In this document: piece by piece, positions 8,645-18,153 of the stretch
Numbering within the stretch: the first letter of the stretch is position 1
How the letters are laid out: each line of letters begins with the position of its first letter
NCBI GenBank assembly: GCA_038245295.1
Contig: JBBRSP010000014.1
Location: 1-64,000, forward strand
DNA: 64,000 bases
Source: Candidatus Binatia bacterium
GTDB lineage: Bacteria > Desulfobacterota > Binatia > HRBIN30
Direction: 5' to 3'
Notes under the pieces: generated by a model
Databases searched by the model: none
The model's input: only the letters and a program-made list of their open reading frames with translations
What the model was told of the DNA's origin: nothing
Translations under genes and position numbers: made by a program

Positions 8645-10626
8645 GTAACACTAACATCCGCAAGCTTCTGGTCGCCAATCGGGGCGAGATCGCCCGACGT
8701 ATCATTCGGACGTGCAAGGCGATGGGGATCGCCACAGCGGCGATCTACTCCGACCCGGACGCCAACGCACCGTTCGTCGGCGAAGCGGATGAAGCTCTGT
8801 ACATCGGGCCGCCGATGACGGGATCGTCTTTCCTGGCCATCGAGAAGATCATCGCTCTAGCGCGCTCCATCGGCGCCGACGCGGTCCACCCCGGCTATGG
8901 CTTTCTCTCGGAGAACGCCGACTTCGCCCAGGCCTGTGGTGATGCCGGCCTGATCTTTGTCGGTCCGTCGCCGGAAGCCATCCGACGTATGGGTTCGAAG
9001 ATTGCCGCCAAGGAAATTGCCGCGGCCGCCGGTGTACCGACGGTACCGGGATTCGCGACCGCTGGCCTGAAGGCGAAGCAGATTGCCGAGCATGCCAAGG
9101 CGATCGGCTTCCCGGTTCTGATCAAGGCGTCGGCTGGCGGCGGCGGCAAAGGCATGCGCATCATCCATGCGGCCGTAGCATTGCCAGAAGCGCTTGCGGC
9201 TGCCGAGCGCGAGGCCAAGAGCTCCTTCGGCGATGGGGCATTGCTCGTCGAGCGCTACATCGAGTCGCCGCGCCATATCGAGATCCAGATTCTCGGTGAC
9301 CAACACGGAAAGCTGCTGCATCTTTTCGAGCGCGAGTGCTCGATCCAACGGCGTTACCAGAAGATCATCGAGGAGGCCCCTTCCCCTGTTGTCGACGACG
9401 ACTTGCGCGCCCGCATGGGCGCCGCCGCCGTCGCCATGGGCACGGCGCTCAACTACAGCAACGCCGGCACCGTTGAGTTTGTCGTCGACAAACGAGGACG
9501 CTTCTACTTCCTCGAAGTAAACACGCGCCTGCAGGTGGAGCATCCGGTCACCGAAGAAATCACCGGGCTCGACCTGGTGCGCCTGCAGATCGAAATCGCC
9601 GAAGGATCCCCGCTGCGGCTCGAGCAGGCCAACCTACGGCACAGTGGCCATGCGATCGAGTGCCGCGTCTACGCCGAGGATCCGGCAAATCAGTTCCTGC
9701 CGTCGACGGGCACGCTTCATGTCTGGGAAGAGGCCTGCCTGCCCGGAGTGCGATGGGAGAGTGGTGTATGCCGCGGTTACGAGGTCAGCATCTACTACGA
9801 TCCAATGCTGGCCAAGGTCATCGCCCATGCTGCGACTCGCGCCGAGGCGGCGCGTCGCCTCGATCACGCGCTGGCAAAGCTGCGTGTGCATGGCGTCAAA
9901 ACCAACATCGCCTTCCTGCGCCAGGTGCTGCGCCATCCGGCGTTTCTAAAGGGCGAGCTCGATACCCATTTCCTTGAACGACACGCCGATGCGTTGAGGG
10001 TCGTCGAGGCGCCGGCCGTAACGCGGCAGCACGCCATTGCGGCGGCCTTGTGGCAACAGGCGCAAGAGCGCGCACAGGCGCCGGTGTTGGCCGCCCTGCC
10101 CTCCGGCTGGCGCAACAACCGCAGCCAGGCGCAAACCGTAGAGCTCAAGGCCGGCGATATCGTCGTCCGCGTCGACTATTCTCTCCGCGGCGCACACGCG
10201 GACGTCGTGATCGACAGCCAGTCCTCCTCGGTTGCCATCCACGCCGTTGATTCCACCTCCATCACGCTGCGAATCGACGATTGCCTGCGGTCTTACGGCG
10301 TCGTTGCGGCCGGCAGTCTGCTTTTCGTCGACAGTCCGCTGGGAGGGTCGGAATTCACCCTGCTGCCGCGCTTCCCCGAGACCACAGCCGATGCCGTCGC
10401 CGGCGGCTGCACGGCGCCGATGCCGGGCAAAGTGTTGGCGGTTAAGGCGGCTCCGGGAGATACGGTCTCGAAAGGAGACACCCTGGTCATCCTCGAAGCG
10501 ATGAAGATGGAACATACGGTCGTGGCCCCTCACGACGGTATCATCGAGGAGATCCGCGTCGAGGTCGGCCAACAGGTCGCTGCCGGCGAGATCCTGGTGG
10601 TCATGCAAGCTTCACCGCCGGCGTGA
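8635..10626 (+). CDS. Biotin carboxylase / biotin carrier subunit (AtuF/MccA-like)
   Basis: LVANRGEIA, HPGYGFLSEN, GGGGKGM, ERECSIQRR, EVNTRLQVEHPVTE; biotin site EAMKM. Confidence 0.94.
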   Translation: MDLSNTNIRKLLVANRGEIARRIIRTCKAMGIATAAIYSDPDANAPFVGEADEALYIGPPMTGSSFLAIEKIIALARSIGADAVHPGYGFLSENADFAQACGDAGLIFVGPSPEAIRRMGSKIAAKEIAAAAGVPTVPGFATAGLKAKQIAEHAKAIGFPVLIKASAGGGGKGMRIIHAAVALPEALAAAEREAKSSFGDGALLVERYIESPRHIEIQILGDQHGKLLHLFERECSIQRRYQKIIEEAPSPVVDDDLRARMGAAAVAMGTALNYSNAGTVEFVVDKRGRFYFLEVNTRLQVEHPVTEEITGLDLVRLQIEIAEGSPLRLEQANLRHSGHAIECRVYAEDPANQFLPSTGTLHVWEEACLPGVRWESGVCRGYEVSIYYDPMLAKVIAHAATRAEAARRLDHALAKLRVHGVKTNIAFLRQVLRHPAFLKGELDTHFLERHADALRVVEAPAVTRQHAIAAALWQQAQERAQAPVLAALPSGWRNNRSQAQTVELKAGDIVVRVDYSLRGAHADVVIDSQSSSVAIHAVDSTSITLRIDDCLRSYGVVAAGSLLFVDSPLGGSEFTLLPRFPETTADAVAGGCTAPMPGKVLAVKAAPGDTVSKGDTLVILEAMKMEHTVVAPHDGIIEEIRVEVGQQVAAGEILVVMQASPPA

Positions 10627-10673
10627 GATTGCAAATCAGAACCCAGACCAACCGACAGCACTCAGGAGCACTC

Positions 10674-11435
10674 ATGGATGACATCGTTCTTCACGAATTG
10701 CGCAATGGCGCCGCATGGCTGACCCTCAACCAACCCGAGAAGCGTAACGCGCTGAGCAACGGCCTGGTTCAAGGCATCCTGGCAGGCGTGGATCGGGCGA
10801 TTGCTGATCCGAGCGTGCGCGCCATCGTCATCACGGGAAACGGACCAGCTTTTTGCGCCGGCGCCGATCTCAAGAGCGGCGGCATCCAAGCCAGCGACGG
10901 CGAGACGCCGTTCGTCACCCTGATGAAGCGGATCTGGAACGCCCCCAAGCCGGTGATCGCGCGCATCAACGGTCCGGCCTTCGGCGGCGGCGTCGGCCTG
11001 GCCGCAGCCTGCGACATCGCGGTGGCGGCGGACAGCGCCGTGTTCAGCTTTAGCGAGGTGCGCATCGGTGTGATCCCGGCGATGATCTCCGTGGTCGTCC
11101 TGCCTAAGCTCGGCATTCAGAATACCATGTGGCTGTTCCTGACCGGCGAGCGCTTCAACGCGGCGCGCGCTGTAGATCTGGGGCTGATTCATCGGAGCGT
11201 TCCCGCAGATCAGCTGGACGCCGCGGTTGACGACGTCATCGCCATGCTGCGCCTCGGCGGGCCGAAAGCCCTGCGCGCCGCCAAGGAGCTTATCCGCCGC
11301 GTACCCGCGATGTCGATGGACGATGCGTTCCGCTACACACAGCAGATCATCGCCCCGCTCTTTGCTTCGGACGAGGCGGCTGAAGGCATGGGTGCCTTCG
11401 TACAGAAGAGAAAGCCAAAGTGGGCCGAAGATTAA
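10674..11435 (+). CDS. Enoyl-CoA hydratase/isomerase (AtuE/methylglutaconyl-CoA hydratase-like)
   Basis: AFCAGADL, AFGGGVGL and FSEVRIGVIP motifs; AGGAG RBS before ATG 10674. Confidence 0.9.
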   Translation: MDDIVLHELRNGAAWLTLNQPEKRNALSNGLVQGILAGVDRAIADPSVRAIVITGNGPAFCAGADLKSGGIQASDGETPFVTLMKRIWNAPKPVIARINGPAFGGGVGLAAACDIAVAADSAVFSFSEVRIGVIPAMISVVVLPKLGIQNTMWLFLTGERFNAARAVDLGLIHRSVPADQLDAAVDDVIAMLRLGGPKALRAAKELIRRVPAMSMDDAFRYTQQIIAPLFASDEAAEGMGAFVQKRKPKWAED

Positions 11436-11528
11436 GCCGGAGCGCGCCACTACGTCGCGCCCGGGTGTGGCGATCACAGCAGCAAACAATATCGCGCCGC
11501 GCCGCGTTCCGAGTTAAGGACACAACCA

Positions 11529-13289
11529 ATGAGTGACGTACTTCGAATTGCCAACTGCAGCGGCTTTTACGGTGATCGCCTGAGCGCGGCGCGCGAGGTG
11601 GTGACCGGCGGGCCGATCGATGTTCTGACCGGCGATTACCTCGCCGAGCTCACCATGATGATCCTGTTCAAGGATCGCATGAAGCAGCCCGACGGCGGCT
11701 TCGCGAAGACATTTCTGCGTCAGCTCGATGAGGTGTTCGACGCGTGCGCCGAGCGCAAGATCAAGATCGTCGTCAACGCCGGCGGGTTGAATCCGGCCGG
11801 CATGGCGGCTCAGGTCGAGGCGCTCAAGAAGAAACACGGGCTCAACGTCAAGGTGGCGCATATCGAAGGGGATGACCTGTTGCCGCGACTCGACGAGCTG
11901 CAGAAGCAAGGCGTCGAGCTGCGCCACATGGACAAGGATATCCCGCTGTCGCAGCTCAAGGGCCAGGTCGTGACCGCCAACGCCTACCTCGGTGCCTGGG
12001 GCATCGTCGAAGCGCTCAATCGCGGCGCCGACGTCGTCATCTGCCCGCGCGTCACCGATGCCGCCCTGACGCTCGGGCCCGCGGCGTGGAGGTTTGGCTG
12101 GAAGCGCACGGATTGGGATCAGCTGGCAGCCGGTGTCGTCGCCGGGCACATCATCGAGTGTGGGGCTCAGTGCAACGGCGGGAACTATTCGTTCTTCAAA
12201 GAGGTCCCGAGTTTCGATCACATCGGGTTTCCAATCGCCGAGATGCACGCCGACGGCAGCTTCGTGATCACCAAGCACCCCGGCACCGGTGGACTCGTCT
12301 CGGTCGGCACCATCACGGCGCAACTGCTCTACGAGATTCAGGGGCTACGTTATTTCAATCCCGACGTCACGACGCGCTTCGATTCGATTCGTCTGGCGCA
12401 AGACGGCCCGGATCGCGTGCGCGTGTACAATGTCAAAGGCGAACCACCGCCACCGACGACGAAGGTCTGCATCAACTACCTGGGCGGGTACAAAAACTCG
12501 ATGACGTTCGTGATCTGCGGTCTCGACATCGAAGCCAAGGCCAAGCTCGCCGAGGACACCTTGTGGCGGCTCCTGGGTGGCAAGGAGAGATTTGCCGAGA
12601 CCAGTGTGCGTCTCGTGCGCTCGGATCATGCGGATCCGAACAGTAACGAAGATGCTTCCGCTCTCCTGCATGTGACGGTAAAAGATTCAGACATGAGCAA
12701 GGTCGGCCGCGCCTTCAGCGGCAAAGCCATCGAGATGGCCCTGGCGAGTTACCCTGGATTCCACGTGACCTCGCCGCCCGGAGACGGCAATCCGTTCGGC
12801 GTCTACTGGCCGGCACTGGTGCCGGCAGAATTGGTCGACCATACGGTCGTGATCGACGGCGAACGCATTGCCATTCAGCCCGCACCGCTCGGTACCGCCG
12901 GCACCGAGGCCAAGGTCGAAGCAACGCCGATCGCCAAGGCACCCGCAGGCCCGACTCAGCGCCTGCCGCTGGGCACGATCTGCGGCGCCCGTTCCGGCGA
13001 CAAGGGTGGCAACGCCAACGCCGGCCTGTGGGTGAAACGTCCAGAAGCCTACGCCTGGTTGGCGCAATACATGACGGTCGAGCGTTTCAAAGAACTGATT
13101 CCGGAGTCGCGTCCGTTGCGTGTCGAACGCTTCGAGTTGCCAAATCTGCTGAGCTTGAACTTCATCGTACAGGGCCTGCTGGGCGACGGAGTGGCCGCAT
13201 CAACCCGCGCCGATCCGCAGGCCAAGAGTTTTGGTGAATACGTGCGCGCCAAGGTGGTCGATATCCCGCAGTCGCTGCTCGCGGAGTAG
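11529..13289 (+). CDS. atuA: Acyclic terpene utilization AtuA-family protein
   Basis: IANCSGFYGDR, DYLAELTM, NAYLG, GHIIECG, QLLYEI, ARSGDKGG and DPQAKS motifs. Confidence 0.9.
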   Translation: MSDVLRIANCSGFYGDRLSAAREVVTGGPIDVLTGDYLAELTMMILFKDRMKQPDGGFAKTFLRQLDEVFDACAERKIKIVVNAGGLNPAGMAAQVEALKKKHGLNVKVAHIEGDDLLPRLDELQKQGVELRHMDKDIPLSQLKGQVVTANAYLGAWGIVEALNRGADVVICPRVTDAALTLGPAAWRFGWKRTDWDQLAAGVVAGHIIECGAQCNGGNYSFFKEVPSFDHIGFPIAEMHADGSFVITKHPGTGGLVSVGTITAQLLYEIQGLRYFNPDVTTRFDSIRLAQDGPDRVRVYNVKGEPPPPTTKVCINYLGGYKNSMTFVICGLDIEAKAKLAEDTLWRLLGGKERFAETSVRLVRSDHADPNSNEDASALLHVTVKDSDMSKVGRAFSGKAIEMALASYPGFHVTSPPGDGNPFGVYWPALVPAELVDHTVVIDGERIAIQPAPLGTAGTEAKVEATPIAKAPAGPTQRLPLGTICGARSGDKGGNANAGLWVKRPEAYAWLAQYMTVERFKELIPESRPLRVERFELPNLLSLNFIVQGLLGDGVAASTRADPQAKSFGEYVRAKVVDIPQSLLAE

Positions 13290-13386
13290 TGGCCAGTTGC
13301 CCGGCTCGTCCGAAAGGAGAGTTGAGATGGCGAAGACAGCGAAGACGGGTATGATTCAGGCGCTAGTCATAGGGAGCTAGCCACGG

Positions 13387-14424
13387 TTACGTGGCGGTCA
13401 GGGCGAGTTGCCCGCAGGCGGCGGCAATGTCGCGGCCGCGGCTGCGGCGCACGGTCGCATTGAGATCGTGGGACAGGATTCGTTGTTGAAAGCGCCGGAC
13501 GGCGTCGTCGGTGGGACGTTCAAAGCCGGAGCCTTCGAACGGATTGAAGGGGATCACATTTACTTTGGCACGGATGCCGTGCAGCAGGCGAGCCAGACGA
13601 TCGGCGTCGGCGAGTGAGTCGTTGACGCCGGCGAGTAGAACGTACTCAAAGGTGATGCGACGGCGCTGTGGAATCGGCAGACGCCGGCACAGACCGATCA
13701 ACTCTTCGAGCGGATAGCGCTTGTTGACGGGCATCAGCGCGTCGCGTTGCGCGTCTGTCGTGCCGGTGAGGGAGACAGCCAATTGCACCTGCGTCTCGGT
13801 CACTAGACGTTCTATCTGCGGCACCAGACCGACGGTCGAGACGGTAATTCGGCGGGCCGAAAGATCGAGGCCCCAATTGGCCGTGAGTACTTCGATGGCC
13901 TGCAGCACCGCGTCGAAGTTGGCAAGCGGTTCGCCCATACCCATGAAAACGACGTTGCTGATCTGTTCGCCTTCGCGTAGCTGAGCTTGAGCCGCTTGCA
14001 CCTGGCCGACAATTTCGCTGGCCGTGAGGTTGCGCAGCAACCCTAGCCGCGCCGTGGCACAAAAGGCGCAAGCCATGCCGCAGCCGGCCTGCGACGAGAT
14101 ACACAGGGTCAAGCGCGGCGGATCGGGAATGATCACCGACTCGATCGCGACGCGCGCGTCGAGCTTGAACAACAGCTTGCGCGTATCATCGGCCGCGTGG
14201 GCGACGATGTCCGGATGTAGGAACGGAAGATCAAAGTCGGCCGCCAGTTGCTCACGCAGCTTGCCGGAGATGTTGGTCATCGCCGCAAAGCTGGTGGCCC
14301 GCTGCCGATAGGCCCAGGAAAGGATCTGCGCCGCTCTGTAGGATGGAAATCCTCGGGCCGCGAGCCAAGCGCGCAACGTGCGGGGCGTGAGCGTCGACCG
14401 CTCCGCCGTCCCGCCGACGTTCAC
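13387..14424 (-). CDS. rlmN: 23S rRNA m2A2503 / tRNA radical-SAM methyltransferase
   Basis: CISSQAGCGMACAFCAT, FMGMGEP and IAAACGQL motifs; follows ndk; GTG start inferred. Confidence 0.95.
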   Translation of the reverse strand: MNVGGTAERSTLTPRTLRAWLAARGFPSYRAAQILSWAYRQRATSFAAMTNISGKLREQLAADFDLPFLHPDIVAHAADDTRKLLFKLDARVAIESVIIPDPPRLTLCISSQAGCGMACAFCATARLGLLRNLTASEIVGQVQAAQAQLREGEQISNVVFMGMGEPLANFDAVLQAIEVLTANWGLDLSARRITVSTVGLVPQIERLVTETQVQLAVSLTGTTDAQRDALMPVNKRYPLEELIGLCRRLPIPQRRRITFEYVLLAGVNDSLADADRLARLLHGIRAKVNVIPFNPFEGSGFERPTDDAVRRFQQRILSHDLNATVRRSRGRDIAAACGQLALTAT

Positions 14425-14425
14425 G

Positions 14426-14842
14426 TCAGTGGATCTCGGATTCGCTGAAGAAGAATCCGATTTCCCACTTGGCTGTATCGGGGGCGTCGGAACCATGGGC
14501 AGCATTCTTCTCCACGTCGGTACCGAGATCCCCACGAATGGTGCCCTTCGGCGCCTTCGTCGAATCTGTCGGTCCCATGATCTCGCGATTCTTCAAGATC
14601 GCGTTGTCGCCTTCGAGGACACTCACGACGATCGGCCCGGAGGACATGAAGGCCACGAGATCCTTGAAGAAGGGCCGCTCTTTGTGAACCGCGTAGAACT
14701 TGCCGGCGGTCTCCGCCGACAGATACAGCTTCTTGGTTGCGGCGATCCGCAGTCCCGCCTTCTCGAAGCGCTGCAGGATGTCGCCGATGGCGTTCTTGGC
14801 GACAGCATCGGGTTTGACGATGGACAATGTACGTTCGGTCAT
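14426..14842 (-). CDS. ndk: Nucleoside-diphosphate kinase
   Basis: [18 protein letters not shown] and NAAHGSD motifs. Confidence 0.97.
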   Translation of the reverse strand: MTERTLSIVKPDAVAKNAIGDILQRFEKAGLRIAATKKLYLSAETAGKFYAVHKERPFFKDLVAFMSSGPIVVSVLEGDNAILKNREIMGPTDSTKAPKGTIRGDLGTDVEKNAAHGSDAPDTAKWEIGFFFSESEIH

Positions 14843-14885
14843 AGGTAGCTTCTTTCGTTCAACGGCCAGGGCCGGCAGAGCGGCG

Positions 14886-15770
14886 CTAGTTCTTGCCGCG
14901 CTCTTTGAGAGCCTTGATCATGGTCTCGCCCAGCTCGGCGGGACTCTGGGAGACAAAAATGCCGGCCGCTTCAAAAGCCTTCATCTTCTCGGCGGCGGTG
15001 CCCTTGCCGCCGGAAATGATCGCGCCGGCGTGGCCCATGCGCTTGCCCGGTGGCGCCGTTTGACCGGCAATGAAACCAACAACCGGCTTGGTCATCTTCG
15101 CCTTCACATACTCGGCGGCCGCCTCCTCGGCTGAGCCACCGATTTCGCCGATCATGATGACACCTTCGGTGCCTGGATCCTTCTCGAACAACTCGAGCAC
15201 GTCGATGAAGCCGGTGCCGGCAACCGGGTCGCCACCGATGCCGACACAGCTCGACTGGCCTAGCCCACGCTGCGTCAACTGATGGACGGCCTCGTAGGTC
15301 AACGTGCCGCTGCGCGAAACGACACCGATCTTGCCCGGCTTGTGAATGTAGCCCGGCATAATGCCGATCTTGCACTCGCCCGGCGTAATCACGCCTGGGC
15401 AGTTCGGCCCGATCAGTCGTGTATTGCGAGCGTCAAGGAAGCGCTTCACGCGCACCATATCGAGCACCGGAATGCCCTCGGTGATGCAGATCACCAGCGC
15501 CACGCCGGCGTCTGCCGCCTCCATGATCGCGTCGGCCGCAAACGGTGGCGGCACATAGATGACCGAGGCGTTGGCACCGGTCGCCGCAACCGCCTGGGCC
15601 ACCGTGTCGAAGATGGGAATGCCTTCGAAATCGCTGCCACCCTTGCCTGGCGTGACTCCGGCAACCATCTGCGTGCCGTACTCCTTACACGCCCTGGTGT
15701 GAAACTGCCCGGTCGAGCCGGTGATCCCCTGCGTCACGACTTTCGTCGCTTTGTTAACCAGAATACTCAC
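14886..15770 (-). CDS. sucD: Succinyl-CoA synthetase alpha subunit
   Basis: [21 protein letters not shown] and RMGHAGA motifs. Confidence 0.97.
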   Translation of the reverse strand: MSILVNKATKVVTQGITGSTGQFHTRACKEYGTQMVAGVTPGKGGSDFEGIPIFDTVAQAVAATGANASVIYVPPPFAADAIMEAADAGVALVICITEGIPVLDMVRVKRFLDARNTRLIGPNCPGVITPGECKIGIMPGYIHKPGKIGVVSRSGTLTYEAVHQLTQRGLGQSSCVGIGGDPVAGTGFIDVLELFEKDPGTEGVIMIGEIGGSAEEAAAEYVKAKMTKPVVGFIAGQTAPPGKRMGHAGAIISGGKGTAAEKMKAFEAAGIFVSQSPAELGETMIKALKERGKN

Positions 15771-15829
15771 TGTTTATCCTCGGGTGACGTTTGGTAGGGC
15801 GTCGAGCCTAACGGCCACGTCGGGTGAAG

Positions 15830-16777
15830 TCAATTTTTCGGATGATCACCGATCTCACCTTTGATCCACTCAAACGTGAGCCGCATACCTTGGGCGAAAT
15901 CCACCGTCGGCTTGTAGTTCATCATCCGCTGCGCCTTTTCGATCGACGCATGAGTGTGGCGCACATCGCCCGAGCGCGCCGGCTCGTGGACGACAGCTAC
16001 CTTCCGTCCAAGAAGCTTCTCGGTGGCCTGAACGATGTCCATGATGGTGTGCCGCGAGTTGCAAGCGATGTTGAAGACTTCACCACCAATCCCGGGCGTC
16101 GTGCATGACAACAGATTCGCCTGCACGACATTGTCAATGTAGGTGAAGTCGCGCGACTGCAACCCGTCACCGTGTACCGTCACCGGTTCATCGAACAGTG
16201 CCGCACGCATGACGATCGGGACGACCGCCGCATACTTCGATTCCGGGCTCTGTTTGGGACCAAACACGTTGAAGTAGCGCAGGCTTACCGTCTCGAGCCC
16301 GTAGAGATGCGAGAACGTTCGGCAGTAGTGTTCGGCCGCCAGCTTCGCCACGGCGTAGGGCGAGATTGGCGCCGGCGTCTGATCCTCCACTTTGGGGAGA
16401 AGTGGTGAATCGCCATAGGCCGACGACGAGGAGGCATACACCAGGCGCTTTACCTTGGCGTCGCGTGCGGCCACCAGCAACTGCAGCGTGCCATGCGTGT
16501 TGACCGAATCGGTGCTCATCGGGTCATCGACCGACCGAGGGACCGACCGCAAGGCCGCCTGGTGGCAGATGTAGCTCACGTCTTTGACGGCGCGACGCAA
16601 CGCATCCATATCGCGCAGATCGCCCTCGAGAATTTCGATCTTGTCCTTGGCGCCCTTGAGGTTATCGAGACTACCGGTCGAAAAATCGTCGAAGATGCGC
16701 ACGCGCTCACCGCGCTTCAACAACGCATCTACGATACTCGAGCCAATGAATCCCGCTCCGCCGGTAATCAGATACAT
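15830..16777 (-). CDS. NAD-dependent epimerase/dehydratase (WbpP-like UDP-HexNAc 4-epimerase family)
   Basis: GGAGFIGS, HQAALRSVPRS, YAVAK, RYFNVFGP and QSRDFTY motifs. Confidence 0.88.
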   Translation of the reverse strand: MYLITGGAGFIGSSIVDALLKRGERVRIFDDFSTGSLDNLKGAKDKIEILEGDLRDMDALRRAVKDVSYICHQAALRSVPRSVDDPMSTDSVNTHGTLQLLVAARDAKVKRLVYASSSSAYGDSPLLPKVEDQTPAPISPYAVAKLAAEHYCRTFSHLYGLETVSLRYFNVFGPKQSPESKYAAVVPIVMRAALFDEPVTVHGDGLQSRDFTYIDNVVQANLLSCTTPGIGGEVFNIACNSRHTIMDIVQATEKLLGRKVAVVHEPARSGDVRHTHASIEKAQRMMNYKPTVDFAQGMRLTFEWIKGEIGDHPKN

Positions 16778-16792
16778 CGCACTCCTCCTCTA

Positions 16793-17134
16793 CTACCCTC
16801 GTTGGGCTCTCAATCGTCGCTCGTGCCCGACCCCATTCAGGGCCGCAGCACCCTCGGCACGCGCCGCCAACTTGCGCGGCGCTGCGGGGTTCACGTGCAG
16901 CACGGTTTCGAGGGCGCTTACGCGCGCTTCCAGATCGCGCGCACCGCGGCCTCGCTCGCGCCCCCCGGATAGAGCGCTACGCCCACCCTCCAAGAACGCA
17001 TTGCGAATCTTGTAGGCGGTCGTGTGGCTGACCCGGTAGTGCTCGCGAATCTCATCCAGGCTGCGTTCGCGCTTGATCAGATCGAGCGCCAAAGCAAACT
17101 TCTCTTCGAGAGTCAATTTTCCCCTGGTACGCAT
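16793..17134 (-). CDS. Small helix-turn-helix protein (IS3 OrfA-like HTH with a short coiled coil)
   Basis: LTLEEKFALALDLI..RSLDEIREHYRVSHTTAYKIRNAFLEGG..DLEARVSALE; overlaps the upstream GT2. Confidence 0.65.
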   Translation of the reverse strand: MRTRGKLTLEEKFALALDLIKRERSLDEIREHYRVSHTTAYKIRNAFLEGGRSALSGGRERGRGARDLEARVSALETVLHVNPAAPRKLAARAEGAAALNGVGHERRLRAQRG

Positions 17135-18153
17135 TCGCCCCTCCCCAACTGAGGTGGTGGCTGCTCACTTGAGAGCCACCGCGGCCAGAATTTCAACAGG
17201 CCAACCACAAAGCCGGCCCCCCAACACAAATGCATCGTGGCGATCGCCACGATGGTCAGCGGAACGATGGCAAATCCGTGCTCTCGTCCGGCCTGCAAAC
17301 CGGCTACTCCCAAGATCCCCGCATAGGCAAGCAAAGTGACGGCCAGTAGCCAGCCACCACCCGGCACAACCAGCGCCGCCACCGCCGCCACCAACAGCGC
17401 CACGACAAACACAGGCGGAACGAAGTGGCGCAGGCTCATCTGCTTCGGATGCTTTTGGAGAACACGAATCTTCCACACCCCGTACTGATAGAATTGTTTC
17501 GCCAGCGTCTTGAGACTCTGACGGTTCTGGTAACTCGAACGCATGCTCATCGTCAGAAAGATACGGCCGCCGGACTTGCGCAGCCGGTAGTTCAACTCGT
17601 CGTCCTGATTGCGCACCAACTCTTCGTCGAAGAGGCCTATGCGTTCGAAGGCGCTGCGCCGCCACATCCCCATATAGACCGTGTCGACTTCGCGATCGTC
17701 GCTAGCGAAGTGGAAGTAGGCGCCGATCCCCAAGCGCGAGGCCATCGCCGCGGCGATCGCGTTCCCAACCTGCCCACCGCCGATCGAGATCATCGGCCCG
17801 CCCACGTTGTCGGCGCCGGTGCGTTGGAGCGTCGCGACGCCGCAGGAAAGATAGTCGGTGGCCAGCGTTGTGTGGGCGTCGACCCGGACGATGATCTCGC
17901 CAAGGCTAGCGCGAATCCCGATGTTCATCGCCGTCGGCACGATGCGGCGCGGATTCTGCAACACCTGTAAACGCGCCCCGTACGACGCCAGCATCTCGAG
18001 CGAGGCGTCGTCGGAATTGCCATCGACGATGATCAACTCGCGGCGTTCGAGCGGGTAATCCTGGGCCAGAATGGAATTGATACACGCCGCGAGGTGACCC
18101 GCCTCGTTGCGCATCGGCACTATTACCGAAACGAACGGCAGTTCGCCCTTCAC
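17113..18153 (-). CDS. Glycosyltransferase family 2 (ExoA-like)
   Basis: SVIVPMRNE, IIVDGNSDD, RVDAH and RNQDDELNYRL motifs; C-terminal TM helices. Confidence 0.9.
   Translation of the reverse strand: MKGELPFVSVIVPMRNEAGHLAACINSILAQDYPLERRELIIVDGNSDDASLEMLASYGARLQVLQNPRRIVPTAMNIGIRASLGEIIVRVDAHTTLATDYLSCGVATLQRTGADNVGGPMISIGGGQVGNAIAAAMASRLGIGAYFHFASDDREVDTVYMGMWRRSAFERIGLFDEELVRNQDDELNYRLRKSGGRIFLTMSMRSSYQNRQSLKTLAKQFYQYGVWKIRVLQKHPKQMSLRHFVPPVFVVALLVAAVAALVVPGGGWLLAVTLLAYAGILGVAGLQAGREHGFAIVPLTIVAIATMHLCWGAGFVVGLLKFWPRWLSSEQPPPQLGRGECVPGEN

Noticed and set aside
16793..17134. Active insertion sequence
   Set aside because: No catalytic transposase ORF, terminal inverted repeats or target duplication seen.
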